Assembly (NCBI GenBank): GCA_951406725.2
Contig: OX597822.1
Coordinates: 5,766,001-5,830,000, forward strand
Source of the DNA: Octopus vulgaris
Lineage: Eukaryota
DNA length: 64,000 nt
Direction: 5' to 3'
Shown here: positions 52,336 through 64,000 of the stretch, one piece after another
How positions within the stretch are numbered: position 1 is the first letter of the stretch
How the letters are laid out: every line of letters starts with the position of its first letter
Translations under genes and position numbers: made by a program
Notes under the pieces: model-generated
Told to the model about the DNA's origin: nothing
Databases searched by the model: none
The model's input: the letters and a program-made list of their open reading frames with translations, nothing else

Positions 52336-53250
52336 AATCTAACCCAGGGTTAAACAACAATAATTTGCTTCATTAATCTACTTAGAAAAGGCATGAATGT
52401 GTCAACTTCAATTTTCCTTCAGTTAAGGTGTCAGACTTCATGGTATTAAAATCTCTTCTTAAGTCATCCTTGATGAAATTTATGTATGATTAACGATCTC
52501 ACAATGACCATTCATGTTTACTTGTCCTTTTGGTTCTTTTGTTTTTTTTTCAGGCATAATTTATCTAGGACTACAGGTTTCAATGTTCTATTGTCAGCTC
52601 ATCTATTTTGGTGGAAGAAGTATATAACTTGCAGAAGATACAAACAATCTAATTTTCCTTTGCGTACCAAAGGAAACAAACTCTGCCGTGAAATATTTTT
52701 TCTTGATATTCTTCATATTCATTGTTCTATATTTACATAGATGGATTATTGAAGAAATTGCTTTCACAGTTGAATACCCTTTCTCCCACTAGCTGTTCAA
52801 CTGTAAACTAAAATTCATATCCATTGCTGTTAAGTCAGGCAAAAAGGAACATCCAGAGTTACATGCCTTACTAAGGGCAGTAATAAGGTTTTAAACTTAT
52901 AAACATATGGCCGGTCAGCAGCTTGGCTTCCTTGGCTTTATAAATATTTTATTGGAGTGTTCAAAATATTAAATATTTCATGGGGAAATTTTAATATATT
53001 TCTTCAATGGATAAATTATCTTTCATGCTGGTGATATACTGCTTGGTTAGGTTGAAACTAACATCTGACATGCAGTAGAATTCTTCGACCAGGCGACTAA
53101 ATTTCATCTTAGATTAATAGCAAAAGACTACCCTACTACTGGAAGGAGTAAAAGAAATATAAGAAGAAAGTGATGTATTGATTGAATGGTATAACCATCA
53201 TTCTTGTGCTAGTATTAATAATTCCATGGTATAAATCAAATGGTCTCATA

Positions 53251-53469
53251 TACAAGAGTGTGTTGAAAAGTTCTTGGCTTTGGGTAAAAGAAAATACACA
53301 AGGATCATTTATTTATGATTTTATTCAATATATTCCCCTCTCAGATTCACACATTTATTGCAGTGGTCCTTCATTTTTCTGAGCCCTGTAAAAGAACTCA
53401 AAAGTTCGGACCTCCAACCAAGCCTTTCATGATACCCTTAAAGGCAGGGACTTTTCAGCACCCTCTGCA
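53251..53469. mobile_element. mariner-type MITE
   Basis: Imperfect ~30-bp TIRs TACAAGAGTGTGTTGAAAAGTTCTTGGCTTT / AAAGGCAGGGACTTTTCAGCACCCTCTGCA, preceded by TA. Confidence 0.65.
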
Positions 53470-53738
53470 ACATATAGGTGTGCTACAAGGGGCAAGATAA
53501 GTATGCAGTGAATTTTTGATACTATCATTGTATATACAGGTATTACAGTGTTTAAGAAATTTACTCTGCAGCCATATGACCTTCAGTTCAATTCCACTCT
53601 GTGGCATCTTGAGCAAGTGTCTTATTCTATGGCTCCAGGATGTATTCCTTGTGAGTCACTTTGCTGGATGAAAATTGTATAGAAATCCTGTCATCTATCT
53701 GTGTGTGTGTCTTTATACATACATACACACACACATAT

Positions 53739-54127
53739 ATAGTAATGTTTATATGCCAACATAACGTGTAGTCCTATAAAGGATGACTTTACTGTTGTTT
53801 TAGTCCCAGGAAAACATCTTTTCCAGATGGTTATTGACACACAGTTTGTGTCCGTATATAGCATTTGCAAGGGAGGTCCTCGCCCCCATCTCTAGACTTA
53901 CGTGATACTCACAGACCTAGGTTTCTGGATGTTATCCATCCTCAGTGTGAGGCAATCACCAGCTAGTGATGAAAGACATCTCTACTTGCTAATAGTACAC
54001 ATTCTTTAAGTGACGCACAATCACTGATCTCATATTGAGAAAAACAACATGTTTTAAATCTCTGAGTGAAAGAAATACAGTAACAGTACCGGATAGTAAT
54101 CTTTACATGCCAACATAACATGGGGAG

Positions 54128-54162
<35 letters not shown>

Positions 54163-54335
54163 CACATACACAACAGGCTTCTTTTAGTTTCCATCTACCA
54201 AAACCCCTCACAAGGCTTTGGTTAGCCCAAGGTTATAGTAAATAGGACTGCCACGTTATGTTGGCATATAAACATTACTATTTGATACTGTTTCTGTATT
54301 TCTCTTGCTCAGAGATTTAAAACATGTTGTTTTTC

Positions 54336-54336
<1 letters not shown>
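53739..54336 (-). mobile_element. 354-bp-monomer non-coding retroelement (retrozyme-like) with terminal redundancy and an inverted piece
   Basis: AGTAAT.TTTA.ATGCCAACATAAC at 53741 and 54095 (period 354). 54243-54336 is an inverted copy spanning the monomer junction. A SINE A fragment lies at 54125-54240. Carries a hammerhead. Confidence 0.75.
53908..53951 (-). ncRNA. Minimal type I hammerhead ribozyme
   Basis: Minus strand: CTCACA-CTGAGGA-TGGAT aac ATCCA-GAAA-CCTAG-GTC|TGTGAG. Perfect stem I (6 bp) and stem II (5 bp), palindromic stem III ACCTAGGT, GUC triplet. Confidence 0.9.
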
Positions 54337-54378
<42 letters not shown>

Positions 54379-54457
54379 TTATATATAAGAGAGTTATAAG
54401 TAGTTAACTCTATATAAAAATATCCTTTTCTGGTATATACCAAGGTTGTTTCCATGA

Positions 54458-54504
<47 letters not shown>

Positions 54505-54820
54505 TATGAGTAAATATTCAAATGAATATTTATTATATAGATATTTTTATTACCATTATCAGCAGTAAATTTAAATAATTGATAATAACAACAACAAAAA
54601 TATAGGTAGTAGCAAGTAGTAACAACATTATATATTATTTCTATTTGCATGCACAGCAACCCCTGCTAACTGTGAGCTATAAAGCAATTTTTTCAGCTTG
54701 TGGAACTTACAACCTTCTATGTCAATGAACCACTATTGTTTCTGAAAGTTGTTTTTTTCATACCTTCATACACCTTGATCTTTGGATCTTACCTTTACTT
54801 ATATATAAATATTATATATT

Positions 54821-56130
54821 CATCATCATCGTTTAACGTCCACTTTCCATGCTGGCAGGGGTTGGATGGTTTGACTGAGGGCTGGTGAGCCAGATGACTG
54901 CACCAGGCTCCAATCCAATTTGGCAGAGTTTCTACAGCTTGATGCCCTTCCTAACACCAACCACTCCGAGAGTGTAGTGGGTGCTTTTACATGCCACCTG
55001 CACGAGGGCCAGTCAGGTGGAACTGGCGATGACCTCACTCGAATGCTGTTTTATCATGTGTCACTGGCACAAGTGCCAGTAAGGCGATGCAGGTAACGAT
55101 CATGCTTGAATGGTGCTTATTACGTGCCACTGGCATGGGGGCCAGTCAGCAGCCCTGGCAACCATAATGCTTGGATGGTGCTCTTAATGTTTCACTAGCA
55201 GGGATGCCAGTCAGGCAGTGCTGTCATCGGCCACGTCTGTGAATATGTTTTCGATTTCACATGCCTCAACAGGTCTTCGCAAGGAGAGTTTAGTGTCCAA
55301 TAGGTGGGCTGGTTACACCACTGGAATAGGCCATGGGTTATGGTCTCACTTGGCTTGCCAGGTCTTCTCAGGCACAGCATATTTCCAAAGGTCTCGGTCA
55401 CTAGTCATTGCCTTGGTGAGGCCTAATGTTCGAAGGTCGTGCTTCACCACCTCATCCCAGGTCTTCCTGGGTCTACCTCTTCCACAGATTCTCTGAAGCG
55501 CTAGGGTGTGACACTTTTTCACATGGCTATCCTCATCCATTCTCACCACATGACCGTACCAGTGCAGTCATCTCTCTTGCACACCACATCTGAAGCTTCT
55601 TAGGTCCAACTTTTTCTCTCAAGGCACTTACACTCAGTCATGTATGCACACTGACATTACACATCCAGCAGAGCATACTGGCTTCATTCCTTGCAAGCTT
55701 ACACATGTCCTTGGCAGTCACAGCCCATGTTCCACTGCCATATAGCATGGCTGTTTGTACACTTGTGTCATACAGTTTACCTTTTATTCTGAGCGAGAAG
55801 CCCTTTGTCACCAGCAGAGGTAGGAGCTCTCTGAACTTTGCCCAGGCTATTCTTATTCTAGCAGCTACGCTTTCAGAGCATCCACCCCGACTACTGACTT
55901 GGTCACCTAGGTAATGGAAGCTGTCAACTATTTGTAGTTTTTCTCCCTGGAATGTGGCGGAAGTTGTTCTCTGCACATTTTCAGTGTTTATTGCACCTGA
56001 GCATCTGCCACATACAAAAACTATCTTCCCAGTTAGCCTTCCTTTGATTTTGCTGCACCTCTTATGTGTCCATAGCTTACACTGGGTACATCTTATAGAG
56101 TTTCTACCTACGCCTTTGCTACAGATTGAG
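54821..56130 (-). mobile_element. RTE LINE 3' ~1.3 kb with a PHD-like Cys/His insertion
   Basis: SICSKGVG..NSIRCTQCKLWTHKRCSKIKGRL..FVCGRC then VDSFHYLGD, AWAKFRELLP, LYGSGTW and GRGRPRKTWDEVVKHD, followed by 3' UTR and (GAT)n tail. Confidence 0.92.
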
Positions 56131-56192
56131 TTGGGCCGTCAAAACATAGGTTACAAATTATGTTCTGGAAATTATGTTTTGTAAACGACAGA

Positions 56193-56267
56193 CTATGCTG
56201 ACGATCTTGCAGATATTTGCATGTCCATATACGTAAATATTAACTAGAGAAACTAATTAGTACGTAG
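56193..56267 (+). ncRNA. Type I hammerhead ribozyme (extended stem II)
   Basis: CTATG-CTGACGA(56198)-TCTtG...CtAGA-GAAA(56249)-CTAATTA-GTA|CGTAG. Perfectly palindromic stem III ACTAATTAGT, 5-bp stem I with one G-U. Lies in a non-coding segment (56131-56431) ending at (TA)n. Confidence 0.8.
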
Positions 56268-56429
56268 GTAATAGTTTTTATTTCGTATAGTTTCATTTGT
56301 CTTGCTTATTTTTACATTTTGGTTTTCTGCTGAGATTTTTCTTGAGAACTCATTCTTCGTGGTAATGGCGATTTGACGTCTATGTTTAGCATATAGGCTG
56401 TCTACTTTAGTGGTCAGTCTTCTAAATTT

Positions 56430-56520
<91 letters not shown>

Positions 56521-56606
56521 AAAGTTTACGAAAAAACAAAAGACGAAGACAGATGGTGTACAAAACAAACAGATGTATTAGTATAATGCTCAGGAATAGA
56601 AAAAGT

Positions 56607-56642
56607 CTTTTACGTTTCGAGCCTACGCTCTTCTTCAGAAAG
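56607..56642 (-). ncRNA. Minimal Penelope-type hammerhead ribozyme
   Basis: Minus strand: CTTT-CTGAAGA-a-GAGC gtag GCTC-GAAA-C-GTA|AAAG. Stem III is reduced to the palindrome ACGT, with one extra A after A9. Lies in segment 56518-56705, which ends at (TA)n. Confidence 0.72.
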
Positions 56643-57904
56643 GGACACAGAAGAAACAAGGATAGAAAAAAAATGTGTGTAGTGGCTAACAATCTATCAT
56701 GGCGGTAGGTATGTATGCATTTATGAATGTGAGTGTCTGTGTGGCTGGTGACATTCCATGGCTTTACTTGTGCAAAATGGGGAATGATGTTTCTATTCTT
56801 TGTTGTCACTTTCTGGTTGCTCAATGGTTTCAAAGAATTATTTGAAAAAAAAAAAAACAGGTATGGGTTGATGACAATGATACCACTTGATTTAAAATCT
56901 GGCTTCAGGTATGCCCCTGTGAAACCCATGCTAGCAGAGAAAAACATAGACATCAAAAGGACGAATGAATAAAATAATTTATGGCTTTTGAAAATCTTTG
57001 CTAATGCCTAAACAGCTTGCAAAACATTTTATCCATAATTTTCTTTTACACGAAACCACGATTAGCTTTTAACTTCCTGTATGGCAATGTACTGCACAGG
57101 ATTGCATGCTTCAGTTAGTCCTGAAACACACAATATCACAAAAAATATACTAACCTTGGTTACTTTCATTGTAGACGATGTTTGGGACTCTCTAATGTAA
57201 GGGAGAAAATGCTAAAACCTTTCTGTCATTCATTTCTGTTCTGTAATGGAGTTATCGAAAGACTTGTAACTTTGGACTTCTTATCAACAAACTATGCAAT
57301 AATTTCTATATTCTTTCAAATTTTTAAACTTTAAAAAACCCAGTTCACTCTAACTTTCCACACAAAGCATGCCAATATTATTACTTGATGTTATGTGTAC
57401 AATGGAGTTAACAGGATTATGAACCATTAGTATATTCTGGGCTTATAAAGTTGTAAGTCAGCTAGTGTGTGACTTAATTTCAATTCTTGATACCTCACAG
57501 TCATTTTACGGTTTCTATTAATACAAATGGAAGCCAGGGTCTCTCTCTCTTTCTCTCTCTGTATGACCATCGTCCGAAGGGAAATAGCACTAATCTTCTT
57601 GGCTTGATTACAATTCACAAATTAGAATGTTACTTGTCATGACAAGTTATATTGAGAATATACTCTTGCCACTGTTGGTAGTATTAGATAATATTACATC
57701 CATTATTAATTGACGGCTAAACAGTTTTACTGTTACTGGTAACATAGATTTATTGCAAATATGCAAATGAGAAGTATATTCTAATATATTTATTTTAAAA
57801 TTATTTTTCTTTTAAAAATTGATATATATTTTATTATTCAACATTTAGCAGCAAATTTGAAAAAAGTAACCTTATATTATTGTCTTCTTCATATGACAAC
57901 AACT

Positions 57905-58260
57905 GAGATAGATTTCACCAGACCATGCCAGAAATCTTGGTCTCCCTTACCTGTAGTAGGACCCCAGTTTCATGCTGTGTATCTCTGTCAATATCATCAA
58001 TGTAGTTAAGTGGTCCTAATTCTCATTAGGTTGCGGAAATCTCCAAAATATAACATCCGCTTTGATGTTGTGCCCAATATGATAAAAGTGGCCGACAAAA
58101 CCTATCTTGCATTGGACAACAACAGTAGAAACAGATGGACTCTATCCAAAAATCATCTCTATTGCCATGTGGCCACACCATGAGATGTTTTGAGCCATAA
58201 TGAGAAAGCTGGTGTATGTTCCATCAAGACTGTGATGAAGGAACTTCAAGAGATGGATGC
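57905..58260 (-). mobile_element. Decayed RTE fragment related to 17727-18200
   Basis: LDGTYTSFLIMAQNISW...GFVGHFY...VIFW. Confidence 0.65.
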
Positions 58261-60702
58261 TCTCAACACATGCCCTGAAGAACTTCAGCCTTATTGATTT
58301 TAGGATATCTGATTGAATCTTGTTACAGGCACTCTGGGCTTGTCCCTTACATGTCAGGAAGTTGCTCTTATTGTCAGCAACATAATTATTTTACCTGCTT
58401 TTGGTCTGATTTCCTTTGACACGTCACATTAAATTGAAGTATTCAGTAACAGCATGACCTAATAAAACAATAAACGCCATGGAACATTACATTTTCTTCC
58501 CATCTCTGTTAATATCTAATTTGATCATAGGAGGTATGGAGTTGTCATTTAGCTCCAAGTCAGTCCTGATCCTGTGGATAATCCAGCCATGTCTACACTC
58601 GGTTTTAGCCTGAAGTAAAAGGATTTAGGATTATATCATTTTAATGTGGCTGTGGATGCTTACATGATTGATGGTTAAAAAAGTTTGTTTTATAGTCACG
58701 AGGTTTTGGGTGGGAACCAACTGTGTGGTATGTTGAGCATGTGCATTTATGATAGTCTCTGGTCAACTCAAGCCTTGTGAATAAATCTGGGTAGATAGAA
58801 ATTATAAAGAAGCCTAATCAATAGACTATACCTGTAATTTAAAGTCTCTAGCTTTATCACACTTATTTCATAATCATTTAATCCAGTAGATTTATAATCT
58901 AAGATATTCTAGCCATGGCTATACTATATGTTATCTGGAGATAAAATATCTAGCATTATATTATCTGATATAAATGTGGATGAAGGTACGATTGAGAAAT
59001 GAAGAAATTTGCTTTGCAGCGATAGTGCCCTGGTCTCAAGTCAGCAGTCTGATACCTGGATCAAGTGCATTTGTAATAGCTGCAGTTGATCTAAGTCTTG
59101 TGAGTGAATTTTGGAATAGGAAAAGTGTACAGAAGTCTGCTGTAATATACATGTAATTAATAAAACCTTGCGTTTAAGGTGGTGAGCTGGCAGAATTACT
59201 AGCACACCGGGAAAAATGCTTAGTGGTATTTCATCTGAGCTCAAATTCTAATGAGGTTGACTTTGCTTTCCTTTCTTTTGGGGTCAATGAAAAACAGTTA
59301 CCTGTTGAACCCTGGGATTGATTTAATTGACATCCCCCAAATTTAATGGCGTTGTGCCAAAATTTGAAATCAATAAAAGCTTAGCCTTTGTTCTGCTTGT
59401 GTCATGATGATTCCATGTTAGAAGTACATTAAAGGTAAACATCTTTGTGGAATATCCAGACACTTTACATGATAATTCAATGAGTAAGTTGTCCTTTGAT
59501 TCATCAACTGAACAGCTTTACATTGGAATTGATGTGAGAGTCCATTAAGCAATTCGTCCTTCTCTTCTTTTAAAACAACAATTCAATGGGGAGTTGGTTG
59601 CTGTTTTTAACAAGTTCAGTGACCCATCGTTAGCTCAGTTGTGGGTTTGAATAAGTGGTGGAATGCCTGACTTGAAGACCCAACTGCATTCTGAGCTTTC
59701 ATTCCACTGCAGCTGGTTTGGCCTTCATATTCCAGCACCACCAGCACCAACGCCACCGCCATCGCCACCACCACCACCACAACCACTTGTTGATGTATAT
59801 TTAAAAAAAATCTAATTGCCAACTCACATCTTTTCCCAAGCAAGGCAATATTTGCTTACTCGAGCACTTCAAACAAAGAGAAATTTAATTGCCAGACACT
59901 TTTATCATCATTATCACCATCGTCGTCGTCGTCATCGTCGTCATCATCATCATCATCATCATCATTTAATGTCTACTTTACATGCTGTCAAGGGCTGGAC
60001 AGTTTGGCAGAGAGCTGCAGGGCTACGTCAAGCTCCAAAGTCTCTTTGTCATGGTCTCTATGGCTGGATGCCTTTCTTTTTGCCAAGCACTTTACAGAGT
60101 GTACTGGGTGCTTTTTTTTTTTGCATTCCACTGGCACTAGTGAAGCTTCCATGTAACTTGTAAGACAAAGAAAAAAAAAGCAGAGGAAATGGAACATGAA
60201 AAGGCAAAGTTCCCACTTCTAAGATGAATGGGAAAGTGGAGATGGTTGGTTTTATACCAATTGTAGAATGGCTGAATTTCAATAGGACAAGCACAAGATT
60301 CTTTCAATAGAGGAGATTCATGGCTGAAGGAGATAAAGGGAAGGTAGTGATTGGGTGCTAGAGCAGATGCTTAGGGAGATGCTTCTATAGGAGTGTGAGA
60401 AGGAGTGAACAGGTGAAGGTAGAGGTTAATGTGGTGGGTGAGGAACAAGTGTGTAGAGGTTATTGTAGTGTGTGCATGCGTGGGTGTAGATGGTTGGAAA
60501 TGCCAGTAAGGAGAAGGGTAAGGTGGGCGATGTGGAAGTGGTCCAGGTAGGAGAATAGAATAGAAGAGAGAAAGTATGTGCAAGGTGGGAGAGAGATATA
60601 GAGATATATAAGGAGCTATAGTAGGTGGGTTATAATGGTAGGTATGGGAGGGCATTGAGAGTGATAGCAGATAAGAGAAGTGTTTAGAATAAAGTATAGT
60701 TG

Positions 60703-61040
60703 AGAGGGAGAGAGACAGGAGAGAAAGAGAGGGGGAGAGAGAGAAAGAGAGGGAGAAAGGGAGAGAGAGAGAGAGAAAGAGAGGGAGAAAGGGAGAGAGA
60801 GAGAAAGGGAGGGAGAGAGAAAAAAGGAGGGAGAGAAAAAAGGGAGGGAGAGAGAAAGGGAGAGAAAGTGAGAGGAAGAGAGGGAGAAAGGGAGAGAGAG
60901 AGAAAAGGAGGGAGAGAGAAAGGGAGAGGAGAGAAAGAGAGAGGTAGAGAGAGAAAGAGAGGAAGAAAGGGAGAGAGAGAGAAAGGAGGGAGAGAAAAAA
61001 GGAGGGAGAGAGAAAGGGAGAGGAAGAGAGAGTGAGTGAA
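60703..61040. repeat. Nearly pure purine (GA-rich) tract
   Basis: Read directly from the sequence. Confidence 0.95.
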
Positions 61041-61377
61041 AGAGAGCAGTGGCTGAAGCACAGAAAGTCAGTGATTGGTTGAAATATAGTGTGGGTAGGG
61101 ATGATGAGGAATGGGGGAGACTGTTAGCGATGGGTTGGGGTAGGATGGGTTGGGATATGATGCTGATTCTGCTTTCGGGTGAGTACAGCAGTGTGTAGTA
61201 CCATAGATAGGAGAGAGATGAAAATGGTGGGAGACAGGGCCTTGCAGCACTTCCAATAGAAGATTGTAAACAACAACACCTGTCATGTGACCTGTTACTT
61301 TATTTTTAATTGGCATACAAACATCAAGACAAAAAAAAAAACAAAAACACATACACACAAACACGCAGGTTTCTTAA

Positions 61378-61617
61378 CCTTTCTTATTTCTTTATTGCCC
61401 ACAAGGGGCTAAACATAGAGGAGACAAACAAGGACAGACAAAGGGTTTAAGTCAATTACATCGACCCCAGTGTGTAAATGGTACTTAATTTATCGACCCT
61501 GAAAGGATGAAAGGCAAAGTCGACCTCGGGGGAGTTTGAACTCAGAACGTAAAGACAGACGAAATGCCGTAAAGCATTTCGCCTGGCATGCTAACGATTC
61601 TGTCAGCTCGCCGCCTT
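61378..61617 (-). mobile_element. SINE family B with a 12-bp TSD
   Basis: CAGGTTTCTTAA at 61366 and 61618. Confidence 0.88.
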
Positions 61618-62465
61618 CAGGTTTCTTAAACTTTCTGTTTACCAATTCACTCACAAGGCATTGAACAGCTTGTGGCCATTGTAGAAGAAACTAGCTAAAA
61701 TTGCCACACAGTAGGAATGAACCCTAAACCACATTGTTCCAATGCAAAACTTGTTAACTACATGATCATGCTTCTGTCTTTCAAAATAACTATCAGCAAT
61801 ATGCTTGGGGGTTATTTTATCAGCTATAAGTATTCCCTTTCTGTAACATAAAACCGGCTTTATGCCAAATCAATATCAATCAATATAATTAATATGCAAT
61901 TATTCTATATTATCATTTCACAATGTATCAGTTAATCTGGTGATATAATGTTTTAAATCAGCGTTCTGTAGTTAAATAACTCACATTAGTTACATACTAT
62001 TGTGCAATTTATAACTAACTAGAATCTCAGCCACGCTATCCCCTTTACTAGCTATAAATGATTACGCATTTATTCAGAGAAGGAATTTACACCTTTTAAA
62101 TTACCATCCACAAATGGCCACTAAGCAGAATTCTGAATTATTTATAAGTGATAGCCTCTATGAATGACAAAATGAATGAAGATAGTTCTTCGTGTCTCTG
62201 CAGTAATTCCAGTGTAAAATCTAATATGGAACAATGTCATTTATGGAAACTGGCGTTAATGGTGTATTTTGCTTGAAGATATTCCATCTGTTCACAATTG
62301 TTATATAGCCTGGTGTGTGCAGCAAAGAGCACCAGAAATCAGAAGTCTGTTGCATGATTTGGTTTTTAAACATTATGTGCAATATGTTTTAATCATAAGG
62401 GCTAGAGATACAAAGACAGAAATCGATGTACATGCAAGCACTTACACACACACACACACACACAT

Positions 62466-63285
62466 AGGAGCACTCCGTCGGTTACGACGACGAAGGTCCC
62501 AGCTGATATGATCAACGGAACAGCTTGCTCGTGGAATTAACGTGCAAGTGACTGAGCATTCCACAAACATGTGCACCTTTAACGTAGTTCTCAGGGAGAT
62601 TCAGCGTGACACAGAGAGTGAGAAGGCCAGTCCTTTGAAATACAGGTACAACTCATTTTTGCCAGCTGAGTGGACTGGAGCAACGGGAAATAAAGTGTCT
62701 TGCTCAAGGAGACAACGCATCGCCGGGAATCGAACTCACGACCTTACAATTGTCAGCCGAATGCCCTAACCACTAAGCCATGCGCCTTCACACACACACA
62801 CAGAGAAAGTCACAGACATATTCAAAAATACACAGACGCACATAGAAACACACATACACACGCACATACACACACACACACACACACATCGTTGCTTATG
62901 ACAATGAGGGTTCCAGCTAAACCAGACAACAGAACAACCTGCTTGTAAAATTAACGTGCAAGTGGCTGAGCACTCCACAGACATGTGCACCTTTAATGCA
63001 GTTCTCGTGGAGATTCAGCGTGACACAGAGAGAGACAAGGCTGGTTCTTTGAAATACAGGTGTAACTCATTTTTGCCAGGTGAATGGATTGGAGCATTGT
63101 GAAATAAAGTGTCTTGTTCAAGAACACAATGTGTTGCCAGGAAGTGAACTCATGACCTTACAACTGTGAGCTAATTATCTTAAACTCTAAGCCACATGCC
63201 TTCATACATACACACACACAGAAACACAGAGAAAGTCACAGACATATACAAAAATACACAGACGCACATAGAAACACACATACAC
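62466..63285 (-). mobile_element. Two tandem copies of tRNA-derived SINE family D with a duplicated flank
   Basis: Copies at 62466-62790 and 62889-63204: GAAGGCGCATGGCTTAGTGGTTAGG head, GAGTTCGATTCCC B-box, CCTTGAGCAAGACACTT. Flank CAGAGAAAGTCACAGACATA...CATAGAAACACAC follows both. Confidence 0.85.
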
Positions 63286-63529
63286 AAAACAGAAATACAT
63301 AATCACACATGAACTCACTGGTATGGATCTCTATTGGCTTCCATGACAAGTAGTCCATTTGCTCAATCAAATGGATTACTTACTCATTGACTTATCAATG
63401 AGTGGCTGAGTATACCATGATACTTGTGAAAGTACAAATGACCTAGTGGTTAGGGTGTTGCACGTGTAATTATAAAATCATGGTTTCTATTCCTGGATTG
63501 CACAATTTATTGATTTTTTGAGCAAAGCT

Positions 63530-63648
63530 CTGGTTCAGGGTTCAGTCCCACTGCATGGCACCTTGGACAAGTGTCTTCTACTATAGCCTCGGACTGACCA
63601 AAGCCTTGTGAGTGGATTTGGTAGACAGAAACTGAAAGAAGCCCGTTG

Positions 63649-63684
<36 letters not shown>

Positions 63685-63900
63685 CTAATGTTTGCGTGTG
63701 TGTGTTTGTCCCTCCACCATTGATTGACAACCGATGCTGGTGTGTTTACGTCCTCGTAACTTAGTGGTTTGGCAAAAAGAGGCCGAGAGAATAAGTATGA
63801 GGCTTACAAAGAGTAAGTCTTGGGGTTGATTTGCTTGACAAAAGGCGGTGCTCCACCATGGCCGCAGTCAAATGACTGAAACAAGTAAAAGAAAAAAAAT
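63530..63900 (+). mobile_element. SINE family A (5'-truncated)
   Basis: As the 30553 copy. Confidence 0.9.
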
Positions 63901-64000
63901 AAAGCATTTCATTTCATTTCCTATTGGTCTGTGATCGTTTCAACAACTGATGTGTGGAGCCACATTGCACCTGTACTGAGTGATGTTGATTTGATGAAGT

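Noticed and set aside
52525-52740. Strong polypyrimidine tract plus CAG acceptor at ~52553, a possible host exon
   Set aside because: No recognisable protein in any frame, and no convincing donor site or partner exons. RNA-seq would be needed.
54375-54460. Short segment between (TA)n runs with minus-strand GAAACAACCTTGGTA
   Set aside because: Stem III is imperfect and there is no 5' core, so the evidence is too weak for a ribozyme call.
62715-62790. tRNA-like sequences at SINE heads (also 9895-9972 and 40565-40641)
   Set aside because: They continue into SINE bodies and lack a complete cloverleaf and terminator, so they are not tRNA genes.

Overview
AT-rich, microsatellite-saturated eukaryotic DNA, most likely intronic or intergenic sequence from an octopus-like cephalopod; this is inferred from the repeat repertoire and not verified. 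I found no host protein-coding exon. Nearly all listed ORFs are microsatellite or repeat artefacts. The window is a nested set of mobile elements: several RTE-clade LINE fragments with (GAT)n tails, a decayed Penelope (GIY-YIG) element, a CR1/L2-like fragment, at least five tRNA-derived SINE families, non-autonomous Helitrons, TTAA piggyBac-type MITEs, a decayed Tc1 (DD34E) with both TIRs, and mariner/maT remnants. The main observation is five complete type-I hammerhead ribozyme folds (10604-10690 +, 12205-12301 -, 53908-53951 -, 56193-56267 +, 56607-56642 -) plus two half-sites. All have palindromic or near-palindromic stem III. They sit in short non-coding elements that abut (TA)n tracts. 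Two of these have measurable tandem periods (482 and 354 bp) with an inverted terminal piece. This suggests several retrozyme-like or Penelope-pLTR-derived self-cleaving retroelement families. All folds and alignments were done by eye.
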